DNA from: the human T2T-CHM13v2.0 reference genome, Homo sapiens
DNA length: 64,000 nucleotides
Reading direction: 5' to 3' (one strand)
NCBI RefSeq assembly: GCF_009914755.1
Contig: NC_060942.1
A model generated the notes under the pieces. That model ran no database searches. It saw only the letters and a list, made by a program, of their open reading frames with translations, and was not told where the DNA came from. Shown here in pieces: positions 52,376-64,000 of this stretch (position 1 is its first letter; each line of letters opens with the position of its first letter). The position numbers were made by a program, and so were the translations under genes.

Positions 52376-52759
52376 AAGGCATCAAGAGACCATGGCAATG
52401 TTAGATTCAGGTAAGAGGAGGAGGCAAAAAGTATTTTATAAACTGTAAAAGTTCCTCCAATTCAAAAGCAGAGTGGCAGGGTAAATGATAGGAGTCTAGT
52501 AGCATTTGGGAGGGAAAAGTCTTTGTTCGATAATGGTAAGTAGTGACGATTTGTGCCTCGGATTATCTTTCAACTGCACAAGGATTTATGAAGAAGGAGG
52601 TTGGAAAAATATAACCAAAGGAATCGACTATGTTTAAGATAATAAAATGTTAAGTTATGAAATTTAACAATTAGAGAAGTTTATAGAATTCACCATTTTC
52701 AGAGTGAAAAATGGAAACTAAGAGTTAGGTCCTGAATGTAGCAGAAATGACTAGATGTC

Positions 52760-53225
52760 CCTTTAGACCTGCTCTCTGCTCACCCTTTCTCTCCTAGAAT
52801 AGAACCCCCAATTTTAGATGGGCACACGGCTGTGTAAATAAATGCATAACCAGCCTTCCTTGAATCTAGATGTGTGCCTGTTACTAATTTATAATTCATG
52901 GGATGCAAGCAAAAGTAGAATGTATTACTTCTGGGAAATGCCTTTAATTGCCTTTTTTCAACCCTTCCTCGTTTTACCTGTGATGGCTGGAACTGGGATA
53001 ACATCCTGAGCCACGCAATGGAAGCCAAGTGCTGTGGAAAGCAAAGTGGCAGCCTAGAAGGAATTTGGGTCCCTGATGATTTTGTGAAACTGTGATTTTT
53101 TCCATCAGACCTGAACTTCCAACCTCCAGTCATCTTTTTCATAAGAGAGAAATAAACATCTTGTTTAATTCACTATCACTTTTGGCTTTTTGTCACTCAT
53201 AGCTATGCACCCTCCTAATTGACAT
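52760..53225 (+). mobile_element. MLT1J-like MaLR LTR
   Basis: agaacccccaatttt...tagaaggaatttgggtccctgatga...gagagaaataaac. Confidence 0.7.
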
Positions 53226-53441
53226 AATGGTCCTCTGCATTAATATCCCTAGGATTGGACATTGTCTTTGCTATATTGTACCTTCCATTAAAGGGAAGTG
53301 TAATGTCACAAAACTAGCATCGGGTATAGATATAAGTTGAGATTAAAACAAACAAATAATATTCTTGGACAAAAACATGACATTATATTTGAAACACATG
53401 AAGACTGAATAAAATTATCTTAAGGCTAATTTTCAAAAACT

Positions 53442-53765
53442 GGAGGCAATGAAGTATAGTGGTTAAGAATACAGATTCTGGAAACAGCCTGGATTCAGAT
53501 CCTTTCTTTGCCACTTACTTTGTAAATTTAGCGACATTACTTCACTTCTTTGCCTCAATTTTCACATCTGTAAAATGGGAATAGTTACAGACCTATTTTC
53601 TAGGGTTGTTGTGAGAAGCAAACTGATTATAGAAATATAACTCATATATAGTTATATATAATACTCTATTATATATAGTTATATATATAAAATACTCTAT
53701 TATATATATAGTTACATATATGAAATGCTTAGAGTAATGCTTGGCAAATAATAAGTGCTACTAAC
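53442..53765 (+). mobile_element. MIR, near full length, containing an AT minisatellite
   Basis: tagtggttaagaatacagattctgg...ttttcacatctgtaaaatggg...gttgttgtgag...tgcttagagtaatgcttggca. Confidence 0.85.
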
Positions 53766-55489
53766 CAACATAACAACTAATCTAATAAAAATATCTCAAT
53801 TCCACATATAGCTAGATTTAGGGTTAAACAGTAGAATTCACTCTTTGATTAGGAGAATAAAGTTAATAGGAGATGACTCTTGATATGCTCCATACAGTAT
53901 TGGGAAGAGAATTTATCACCCATGAACTGTCATTCTCATGGATCACTCCAAATGTATAGGTAAAACTGATATAATTTAACTTTAGGATTTGTAAATGTCA
54001 CTACAACTGTCAGTGTAACAGAACACTCAGTAATACACTCTATAATGTACTTATAGAAATAACCTTAAGTAACTTTTTTCCTTAAACTGGTAGCTTCCCA
54101 ATGTTGACTGCTCTGTTTAAATAATGAACGACTCTTAAAAGTTATATGATATAATTTTCCTATTAATTTTATTGATATATAACTGGGTCATAAAATAACA
54201 CTGGAAGTAATTGAATAAATTTTTTAAAACGATCTTCATATGTTATTTTTCATTTGCAGCCAGAGGAAAAAAACTTGTAACTTTCTGTGGAACTTTCCAG
54301 ACAATTTTACAGATATGGACCATTTTTAACAGATCTTTTAACCTATACACTTTTTAATAAGCCAAACAGGAACGGGAGAACATCATTTCAGTGAAACAAA
54401 CAGATGGAAACATTGTGAATGTCAGAACCACAGTCAGGAATGTTCCTTTTTTCTCATCTTCCCTTATTGTCAGGTTTTATTGTTTTCTTGAAATGTTATC
54501 TCAGTCTTTAAATGGCTTCTCTCTACACTGAGTGAAAATGTGCTGGCCGATTCGCATCTTTGTCACCACTCGGTGTACTCGAGATAAATGTATAAATAGG
54601 AAGCCTGAAAGGTCTAGCTGGGAAAATACAAAGGCTCAAGGAGGAGTCATGCAGGATGAGCATCTGGTCTTTCTTCTTCGCATAGAACTGCAGTTTATAA
54701 ACTTCCTCTCTCTATGAGGCTTTTTGCACCATACTGGGAAACTTCCAAATATAACTCCATTACAGAGCCGTCTGAAGAAGCTAAAAAACATCCATGCTGA
54801 TCCAGAGTATAAAATAGATGACGTTCAATATTTGTCAAAACATTTCACCTTTGCAGCTACTGAACCTGTAATGACAAGGACTAAGGCCGGATTGACAACA
54901 AGCACACAATTATACTTACTGGAGAAAGTTCAAGGGAAGTTTGAAATACATCTGTAAGAGAAGAATACATAATTGAAAAAATAGTTCCTTTTGGATGTTT
55001 AAAATATACTAAAATAATTTCCCACCACTAAGTGCCTTAGGTATTCTAAAGTCTGGGGTTTTTGTTTTTCTTTAGCCCACTGATTTTGACAGTGAACAAT
55101 ATTTATTAAGTTTCTGTTATACTTGAAACCTCACTGTGTATCTTTTCTTTTATTTTATTGTTCACAAATAGATTGCACTAAATATTGTCTATCCCAAAAC
55201 CTACAAACACAGGCTTGTAGAAGTTGAATGAGAACCACAGCTCTTGATCAAGGCTGGGGAAACAATTGGAATGATTTAATATTCTGCTGCTCAAGGTTCA
55301 TAACGACTATGGAGGTGATTAACTGAAGAAGTTATTTGGAAAATTAACATAGGGTAACTAGATTAGAAGAATGACCAGGGAATATCTGAAAACATTTTCT
55401 TCCCTGTATGTTCTGGATTTTTATTGAGTGAGATTTTATTTTGAAATTCTCTTTCCATCTGTTCTAGTCTGAGTTCTGCTTAAACTGCT

Positions 55490-55960
55490 CTGTTAACTAA
55501 AGAATCTCAGAAATCTCACAGACTCAATAGGAAGGCTGAAGAAACATGTTTCAAAGTGGACAAAACACGGTGGGACCCAAGTAACTAAAACTTCAGTTGA
55601 ATCATGCCATTAGGTGAGTCTAGAGAAAACACCACTGCCTTGGGCTCTGGAACCACTGCCAGTAGCAATACTGGATGCCACCACTGCTGTAGGACAGTCG
55701 CCACTTTGTGTATGAGACACTGGGTTGCACCACCACCAACACCTCCATGGAGTTCCTGTGCCACTGTCATCAACAATGCTGTTGTGACCTGTCGATTGTA
55801 TGTTGCTGCTGGCACTTCTGCCTACAGACACAGATGCTACTGCCACCACTGCAGACAGAATTCTGAACTGTTCTGTCTTCTCTTCACTACTTCCTCTAGA
55901 CAGCGAGATTACATGGGAAGCATGTGATCAATTTCAGTTAAGAACCAAAGTGCTACCTAA
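55490..55960 (-). mobile_element. Old MaLR-like LTR relic with degenerate ccactgc repeats
   Basis: Recurrent (cac)cactgc units; composition like ancient MLT1 subfamilies; family uncertain. Confidence 0.35.
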
Positions 55961-56053
55961 GAAGAAATTTGGAGAGGAAAAATTTATCCCTTTTCATTAC
56001 CCCACCTAGCTTGGTATTTTCATACATGAGAATTATATCTGAAAGTTGGCTAA

Positions 56054-56801
56054 TCAGAGAAATGCAAATCAAAGCTACAATGAGATACCATCTCACACCA
56101 GTTAGAATGGTGATCATTAAAAAGTCAGGAAACAACAGGTGCTGGAGAGGATGTGGAGAAATAGGAACACTTTGACACTGTTGGTGGGACTGTAAACTAG
56201 TTCAACCATTGTGGAAGTTGGTGTGGCCATTCCTCAGGGATCTAGAACTAAAAATACCATTTGACCCAGCCATCCCATTACTGGGTATATACCCAAAGGA
56301 TTATAAATCATGCTGCTATAAAGACACATGCACACGTATGTTTATTGCAGCACTATTCACAATAGCAAAGACTTGGAACCAACCCAAATGTCCAACAATG
56401 ATAGCCTGGATTAAGAAAATGTGGCACATATACACCATGGAATACTATGCAGCCATAAAAAAGGAAGAGTTCATGTCCTTTGTAGAGACATGGATGAAGC
56501 TGGAAACCATCATTCTCAGCAAACTATCGCAAGGACAAAAAACCAAACACCGCATGTTCTCACTCATAGGTGGGAATTGAACAATGAGAACACTTGGACA
56601 CAGGAAGGGGAACATCACACACCGGGGCCTGTTGTGGGGTGGGGGTGGGGGGAGGGATAGCATTAGGAGATATACCTAATGCTAAATGACGAGTTAATGG
56701 GTGCAGCACACCAACATGGCACATGTATACATATGTAACAAACCTGCACGTTGCGCACATGTACCCTACAACTTAAAGTATAATAATAATAATAATAAAA
56801 A
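56054..56801 (+). mobile_element. L1PA4/5-like 5'-truncated element
   Basis: ORF 56209..56580 is the ORF2 C-terminus; L1PA 3'UTR with (taa)n/A tail; TSD gaaagttgg(c/t)taa at 56041-56053 and 56802-56814. Confidence 0.95.
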
Positions 56802-57099
56802 GAAAGTTGGTTAAACAACAAAAGGCAAATATTGATCATAATCTACTTCTTTGACTGCCCAAATGCACAGCCATCCTTTTCCTCAACTTTTATTTTAAAA
56901 ATACTTTGTCCTAATGTAACATAAAAAGGGCTATGAAATGGAAAACTCCCTCTACTTTCTTTTCAAGGCGAAACAAATTAAATTCTTGTCAGTTACTCCA
57001 TTCAACTCTAACATCTACAACTGATGCTCTGCCTGTACCTACTCTTCCCCTAGGAAAAATACTGTACCATCATGTACATATTCCATAATCAATAAATTA

Positions 57100-57520
57100 A
57101 ATTACAAACTTCTCTCTCACCAACACCTTCCTTATAAAATAATGAAGAATGAGAAGATTAAAACATTTTAAAGAGCAGTTAAAATTTATGCAAATATATT
57201 CATTATGAAAAGTAATATATGGAAATGCTAGAATCCATATTTCTGCAACTGGTCATGAGAACACAGCTAGAAGAGTCTCCCTCCTCCACATTACCTTGTC
57301 TTTCAAACTCCAGCTCAGCTTTCCAGTTATCTTCCCCTGATGAGGAAAAAACAAAACAAAACAAAAACCTTAATTCTTAATTCTTAAGATATCCAGATAT
57401 TAGTGGTCATATCTATATATAGGGTTATGGAGTTCTTAAATTAAACTTTTAGCTTTTCTCTATCTTTACTGAATTGCACCAACTTTTCCACTGATAATAG
57501 GGACTGATCACATACTTCAT
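57100..57520 (-). mobile_element. Degraded ERV-L/MaLR internal 3' fragment
   Basis: atttctgcaactggtcatgag matches HERV-L 26635-26654 atttctgcacctggtcacgag, with similar flanking order. Confidence 0.5.
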
Positions 57521-57755
57521 TTTTGGCCTTGGACCCCACCTCTAAAACTTCAGTCAAAATAACTTTCAAAAACTGATTTTTAAACTCATTTCTTGAAAAT
57601 GTTTAATGGCACTTCAGTGCTGCAGATAAATTTAAATTCCTTAGCATGCCATATGAAACCCACCTTATTTTCAGACTCATATCCTAAACTAGCATTTTAT
57701 ACCATAACTATATTAAACCAATTCTTGGTTTCCAAACTGTGATGTCCTGTTTGGA

Positions 57756-57800
57756 GAGATAGGTAGGTAGATAGATAGATAGATGATAGATGTATAGATA
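57756..57800. repeat. (GATA)n/(GGTA)n imperfect tetranucleotide repeat
   Basis: Direct inspection. Confidence 0.85.
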
Positions 57801-58059
57801 TGATCATTATAATGGAGATATTTATAAACTAAATTTTGCTCTGTGTGTGTATGTGCGTATAGAGACATGCACATACTTTTCACATTAGTACTTTTTGTCA
57901 GTGCACATGCCGAGCTTACTAAATGTCTAGCACATGAATGAGAGCTAATAAGGATCACAGGAATGAGTGAAACAGTGAAAGCATGAATAAATGAATACAA
58001 CAAGATAAGAAACATAAAAAACGAAATTGCTTCAAAAATTGCAAAAATCAAATCCTAAT

Positions 58060-61000
58060 AACCTTCAGTTTCAACTTCCAAGAGAACTTGGAAGTCACCA
58101 TTCTTGTCCTTACCCTAAGAAGCTGAACAAACTGAAAATCATTAACTTTTTTGGAACCAATCAGAAAATTATGGTTGCAGGGCAAAACACCACCCTAAAA
58201 TCTGGAGAGATAAGTAAATACAAAGAATTGCAGATGATATATCAATTTATTTAGAGCTGAAGCTGCTGGAATCATAAACTGGTAAAAACACAAAAATCAT
58301 ATTTTGATGAATTTCTAGGTACTGAATGTGATCTGCCCTGGAAGTGAGAAACTCTTAGGGGCTACAGTATGAGATAACACCTGCACATTTATAGGTTTTC
58401 TTCCAGAAACCCCAACAGGCTCTCAAAGTAAAGACTTGAGAAAGATCCCAGTGTGGCTCTGGCAGGGGGACAGAAAGAGTAATCATTGGGAAATATACTC
58501 AGAGTTCTCCATAGCAAAAGCCCACTACCCAGGGAAAAAGACTTTACTAGTGCCTTATTCCTCCAGGGAAGGGAATTTTTCCCATTCCACCCTCTTCTAG
58601 ACTTCTTGTCTCATCTAAAACAAGAAGGAACTGAAAAACACTTGTGAAGGTCACAAGCCAGGGATAGAGGCCACTAATAGACTGAGATTTAATCACAGCA
58701 TTACAGAACACTTCACCTTCCCAACAACTCACCACCATACTGACAAGACTCCAGTATAATAGTAGATTACAGCTGAAGGAGCTGAAAGATGCAGACTCTC
58801 CCTGATCAGGAGTACTTAAAGAAGATAAGCCAAGGTAGGAGGAAAAGAAGGGCACTAAGGAATTTAAAGCCTCTGACACCTGCAACCACAGCAAACATTA
58901 AACACAGTACAACTCCCAGTCATATTAACATACACCCTCACACTGAAGGCATATGTTTCTCAGTTCCTATTACCTGATACTTCATGTCCAGCTTTCAACA
59001 TCAACAAAATTACAAGACATACTAAAAGGCAAGAAACAGCACAGTCTAAAGAGACAAATGAGCATCAGAGTGATGACCGAAATGAGTAACTGAGGCATAC
59101 ACCAGATCATCGAGGTTTATGAAGCCAGCTTTAGGGCGCATCCAGGAAAAACGAGAGCCACAGGCAGAGCTGTGGTTGTTTTTAGAGATGTTTCTAGGAG
59201 TCTTTGTATTTATACACTTCCTTAGAAGTAGAGAAAGGCCTACAGGAACAGAGGCAGTTAAGTGGTAAGGCAAATATTTATATTTCTGTGAGACTTCTGT
59301 TAGTGCCCAGTAAATCTACATTTTACACAAGATGAGGTGAATGTCTGAAGGGAAAAAGAGAATAAATGAAGAGTCTATGCAGACGTTTCTGGAGGGGTGG
59401 AGGAATGAGTCTTGACTTTGTTCTGCACCTGGAAATATAAGCTTATACTGGACATTATCAGTGTGGAATTGAACGGACTTTAGTTTTAGGAGCTAGACTT
59501 AGATTGTGTACCTAAACTTACAACTAGCATGTCTTTTTTTGTGGGAGGCCAGCAAATAATTTACTTATGATTGATCTATGAGACAGTCATTCCCAGATGT
59601 CTGATACCTTTCACCTTTCCAAGGGGTTCCAGCTGATGCATAATGCTAGCAACAGCTATTCATTTGGAAGAGGATGTTGCAATGACTCAATCTCTGCACT
59701 TAAGCTTCCCTTTTATAGAAGAAGTTTGCAGGTCCTGAGATTTTATGTTTTCCTCTTAAGAGCCAGACTCAGATATGACCCAGATGTCAAAATTATTGGA
59801 CAGAAAATTTACAAGAACAATCATTAATATGTTATGGGCTCTAGTGGAAAAAGTACACTACATGTAAGAACAGAAGAGTAATGTGGTCTGAGAGATGGAA
59901 TCCATAAGAGAGAATAAAAAGAAAATGCCAAAAATCAAGAACATTACAACAGAAATGAAGCAAGTCTTTGATGGAGCATCAGTAGACTGGATATGACAGA
60001 GTAAAGTATAATGAGTTTGAAGATAAATCAATAAAAATTTCCCAAACGTAAATGCACAGAGAAAAAATAATGGAAAAATAACACAGAGCAAAACATTCAA
60101 GAACCATGGGGCAATTTCAGTAGTTATGATATACCTGTAAGAGGAATACCAGAAAGAGAAGAAAATGACAATGCAACAGAAAATAAAAAGTATTTGGAGT
60201 AATAACAACCAATAACTTTCCAAAATTAATTAGAGACAACAAACCACATATCCAGTGAGCACCAAGAAGGCCAAGCTGGAATAAATAACAAAACAATTTA
60301 CAACTACAAAAGCCATATTTACTACAGAAAACCAAAGGCAGAGAGGAAACCTTGAAAAAAGGCAGAGAGAAAATAAAAGCAATTTACCTATAAACAGATA
60401 AGGGTAAGAATTATGTAGCTTTCTCATCATGCATTAAGAAAGCATTAAGAATATAGAATGAAACATTTAGTGTCAAAGGAAAAAAAAATGACAGACCTAG
60501 AATTCCATGTCCAGTGAAATCAATATGCCAATTATTTTCAAGTTTGTCTATAAATTTAACACAACCCCAAACAAAATCCAGCAACCATCTTTTTACATCA
60601 ACAAATTATTTCTAAATTTAACATGGAAAGACAAAAGACATAGAATAGCTATGAAAATCCTGAAAAAAAAAACAAAGTTGTTGGTCACATACTACCTGAT
60701 TTCAAGACTTAATATAAAGCTACAATATTCAAACCAGTGTGGCATTAGCTAAAGAATAAACATATAGATCAATGGAGCAGAAGAGAGACCTCAGAAATAG
60801 ACCCATACAAATATAGTCAGTCAATTGACCTTTGACAAAACAGCAAAGGCATTCGATGGACAAAGTATTGTCATTTAGCAAGTGGTGCTAAACAACTGGG
60901 ACATTCATGTGCAAAAAATTAATCTAGACAGAGATCTTACAAAAGTTAACTCAAGATGAATGACAGAATTTCTAGAGATAAACTAAGGTTTTCAGGTGCT

Positions 61001-62570
61001 CAGTGGTAGAGTGCAAGGGTTATATGCATAATGCGTAGTGGCTTTTGTACAAATGTATGAAACAGTCTAAGTGAAGAGTTGAGGGAAAGGGTGCTAACCT
61101 AGGTGATTTTGGAATTAAGCCAAGTTTGTAAGGCTAAGCAAAAGAAACTGAATACAAACACTGTTCCCTAGCCGATACAATGTTCCCAAGGAAATATGAA
61201 TTAACAATTCTGATACAACTTTACATGTATAATGGAATTAAATAATTAGGTAAATGGATGGCAGATAGTGGGAGCATGATTTCTTAGTGTTTTAACAGGA
61301 ATTTAGAGATAAACAAGGGGAGGAGGTCAGAATATAGGCTAGAATGATTTGTGCTGTAATAGAAAATAGTTGGAGACATTAGTATGAACTCAGGTTAGCT
61401 TAATATAGATATACAGATGGTTACATTTGGAAATATTTATAGATTTTCCATATACACAGGTTAGTAAAAACACATATTTCATTGCTTTGTCTGTCAAGGG
61501 GTCCTAGAAGCAGTGACAACCCAGTAACAATGAGCACATCTAATGCCCAGATCTTGGTTTCCAATTCTCCAGTTAAAAGAACCAAGGCTTCTTGGAGGAA
61601 TAGGGCAGGAAATATACAAGATAAACCTGGAATATTTTATAGTGTCAAAAATGTAAGAAAAATGTTCTAAAAAACTTACAACGATGAGGGTATATCAGAG
61701 AAGCACAGGAGTCAACTGAAAGACCTCCCAGTGGCCAAAGCTGGAAAAATTTCAGCAACAAAATTAAGTAGTATTGGATTACGACCCAATGTATAACATA
61801 AATATTCATGAGTCCATATTGATATAAATAAATGATTGAATAAATAAATGGAGGGAAAGAAACAAATTTTCAATGCAAAATAACTAGAAATAATTAAGTA
61901 CTTTTCCCTCAAGCACAACTCCCTATTCATTAAATGGGGGCTGCACATAGTGGTTTCCTTTCAAAGAACATAAAACGGAAAAGGGAAAAAAGAGTAAAGA
62001 AGTAAGTTTAGAGTGCAAAAACATGGCAAACACTACCTTAGTGATAAAGCTTAATGCCAATGGTAGTAAGTCATGTTGACAGTATGTACAGTTGATATGA
62101 TGTGATGAAAATAATGCTTTACCTCTGTGGTCTTCACCTATAAACCAATGACTCAAATACAATAATAAGAAAAGCATTAGACAAAGTCCAAGTTAAGAAC
62201 ACTTTAAAATTATCTGACCAGTACGTCTCAAAACTCTCAAGCTCATCAAAAGCAAGGCTAGTCTGGGAAACTGTCATATTTGATAAAAAGCCTAACTAAA
62301 ATAAAAATGACTACATAACAATTAAATATAATGTGGTATCCTGGATGAGACTCTGGAAAAGAGAAAGGCCATTGCACAAAAATTAAGGAAATCTGCATAA
62401 AGTTTGGACTTTAGTTAATAATAATGTGTTAATACTAGTTCATTGATTGTATTAAATACTGTTGTAATACTATACTAGTGTAAGATGTTAATAAACAGAT
62501 GTGGGACATATGAGAACTCTGTGTATTATCTTGCAATTTTTCTCTAAATCTAAAGATGTTCTGAAGTAGA
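58060..62570 (+). mobile_element. L1MC-like element: 5'UTR/ORF1 (58060-60520), ORF2 piece (60520-60975), long 3'UTR (60985-62570)
   Basis: ORF1-like sequence continuous across the LTR (gcatcagag | agccagactcagatatg); L1MC-type 3'UTR ending gaactctgtgtattatcttgcaatttttctctaaatctaaa. Confidence 0.75.
59071..59758 (-). mobile_element. MER4-group ERV1 solo LTR inserted in L1MC
   Basis: Ends gtcctgagattttatgttttcctc (reverse of the MER4-group start GGAAAA..AAAATCTCAGGAC); agag duplicated at the flanks. Confidence 0.7.
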
Positions 62571-62984
62571 CCTTCCTTCGTATTTGCAATAGCTAATATG
62601 TTTTCAGCAATCTCCCTGCTTGTCTAGGGAGTTAAATACTGAAAGCAATAAAGTAGAGCTAATCCATAATAGCAAGTATGGAAATAATAAATAATGAGGA
62701 GGAAAACAGCCAGGAGCAGGAACAGAGATTGGATTGAGGCCAAGAGATGAATTGGAAGCATTCAGAGAATGCAGTGAAAGAACAGTGATGACATAAATTA
62801 ATCTAGCTTTCATATTGCCACAAAATATATAAATGATATGGAAAGAAAGAAATTCCTCAATCATGAGAGGACCAAAATGATGTTCTAAAATTGCCATAAA
62901 CTCTTTTAAGAGTAGATCCTAGATTACCTGTGTTTAATTTACCCTCTGTTTTAATCATGCCTCTCCCAATTTACAGAAATGTCA

Positions 62985-63130
62985 AATTGCCTGGGATTCT
63001 GACAGATCTGGGGTTCCATCCTAAATTTATTACTTATTAGTTGTAGTACTGTGAAAATTATTTAATGACAAAGACTCAGTTTCTTAATCTGTACCTGAAC
63101 ATAATTTCCTCTTTAAAGAATTATTAACTG
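62985..63130 (+). mobile_element. MIR fragment
   Basis: cagatctggggttccatcct...acttattagttg...ctcagtttcttaatctgta. Confidence 0.6.
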
Positions 63131-63199
63131 AATTTTAAAAAGTCAAGTGCACAACATGTAAGTCCTGGAAATATCAAGCCTTTTGTTTCATATTTATGT

Positions 63200-64000
63200 A
63201 GCTTAAATAGATAGATAAATTCAAAGTAAATTCTTATATATCCTGGAAACAAGCATGAGGCTTATCCAAAGGAAACAGGAGCCAAACTGAAAGAGCTCCC
63301 AATGGCCAAAGCTACAACAATTTGAGGAACAAAACTTTTTAAAAAGCATATTGGATCTTAACTCAAATTACAATAATAAATGATTGAATGAATAAATGGG
63401 AGAGGCAATGTTCCTTATAGAAGAATTTCAAATTAAATTGTGTAGATGCAACCCCTTCAGGAGGTGGAGTTTAAGGGCCTTCTCCTTAAATGTAGATTGA
63501 ACTTAGTGACTCACTTCCGAAGAATAAAGTATAAAAAGAGCAAATGAATTTGCTTCCCAGTGGAGAAACCTGGCAGACACCACCTTAACTAAGTGACTGA
63601 ATTAAACATCGGTGATGTCATGTAGATATCATGGAGCCCTTGATATGATGAGGTGAGAGGCGCTTCATCTTTGTGTTGTCTCATGTAGAAACTTTTAAGT
63701 CGCACCTATCACGAGAACGCATCAGCCAAAACCAAACTGAGGGACATCCTACAGAATATCTGACCAGTAATTTTCAAAACCATCAATGTCCTGAAAAAGA
63801 ATGAGATTGAAAACCTGTCACAGACTAAAATAAACGAAGGAGACTTGAAAACTAAGTTAAATATGATATTCCGTGTTAGATTCTGAAACAAACAAACCAA
63901 AAAGACATCAGTGGAAGTCCTGGTAAAATACAAATAAAGTCTGCAGTTTAGTTAAGGTTAGTGTACCAATGTTAGTATCTTAGTTTCAACAAATGTGCCA
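63200..64000 (+). mobile_element. Second L1MC-type 3'UTR fragment
   Basis: Parallels 61700-62430 (caactgaaagacctcccagtggccaaagct vs aaactgaaagagctcccaatggccaaagct) with high divergence. Confidence 0.7.

Noticed and set aside
55585-55927. Overlapping Thr/Ala/Cys-rich ORFs
   Set aside because: They arise from degenerate ccactgc repeats in a probable old LTR relic.
61700-64000. Similarity of 61700-62430 to 63200-64000 as a tandem duplication
   Set aside because: Too divergent; better explained as independent L1MC-type 3'UTR copies.

Overview
AT-rich, CpG-poor primate genomic DNA, very probably human because it carries an almost unmutated AluY/Yc1. It reads as intergenic or deep-intronic and is dominated by interspersed repeats. 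I recognised no intact cellular protein-coding exon, RNA gene or CRISPR array; the ORF-track hits are retroelement fragments or chance ORFs. The centrepiece is a near-complete, coding-defective HERV-L provirus (MLT2A1 LTRs, gag-pro-pol-dUTPase, minus strand, 25711-32394) inserted inside a MER41B solo LTR whose two STAT1 GAS motifs still fit the consensus. Other content: L1MA/MB/MC/ME/PA pieces, Alus, MIR/L2 relics, ERV1 and MaLR solo LTRs, and the DNA transposons Tigger1, MER44, MER1, MER91 and MADE1. The most unusual sequence-level signals are DNA-repair or rearrangement scars: an 88-bp locally templated insertion in an L1MA 3'UTR, a tail-less L1 fragment replacing part of a Tigger1, an inverted Alu chimera, an internally deleted L1 and fold-back AT palindromes. 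There is also a testable hypothesis of an LTR-driven spliced transcript. I see no convincing evidence of a wholly new biological system. Repeat subfamily names come from recalled consensus sequences and need RepeatMasker/Dfam confirmation; boundaries without TSDs are approximate.
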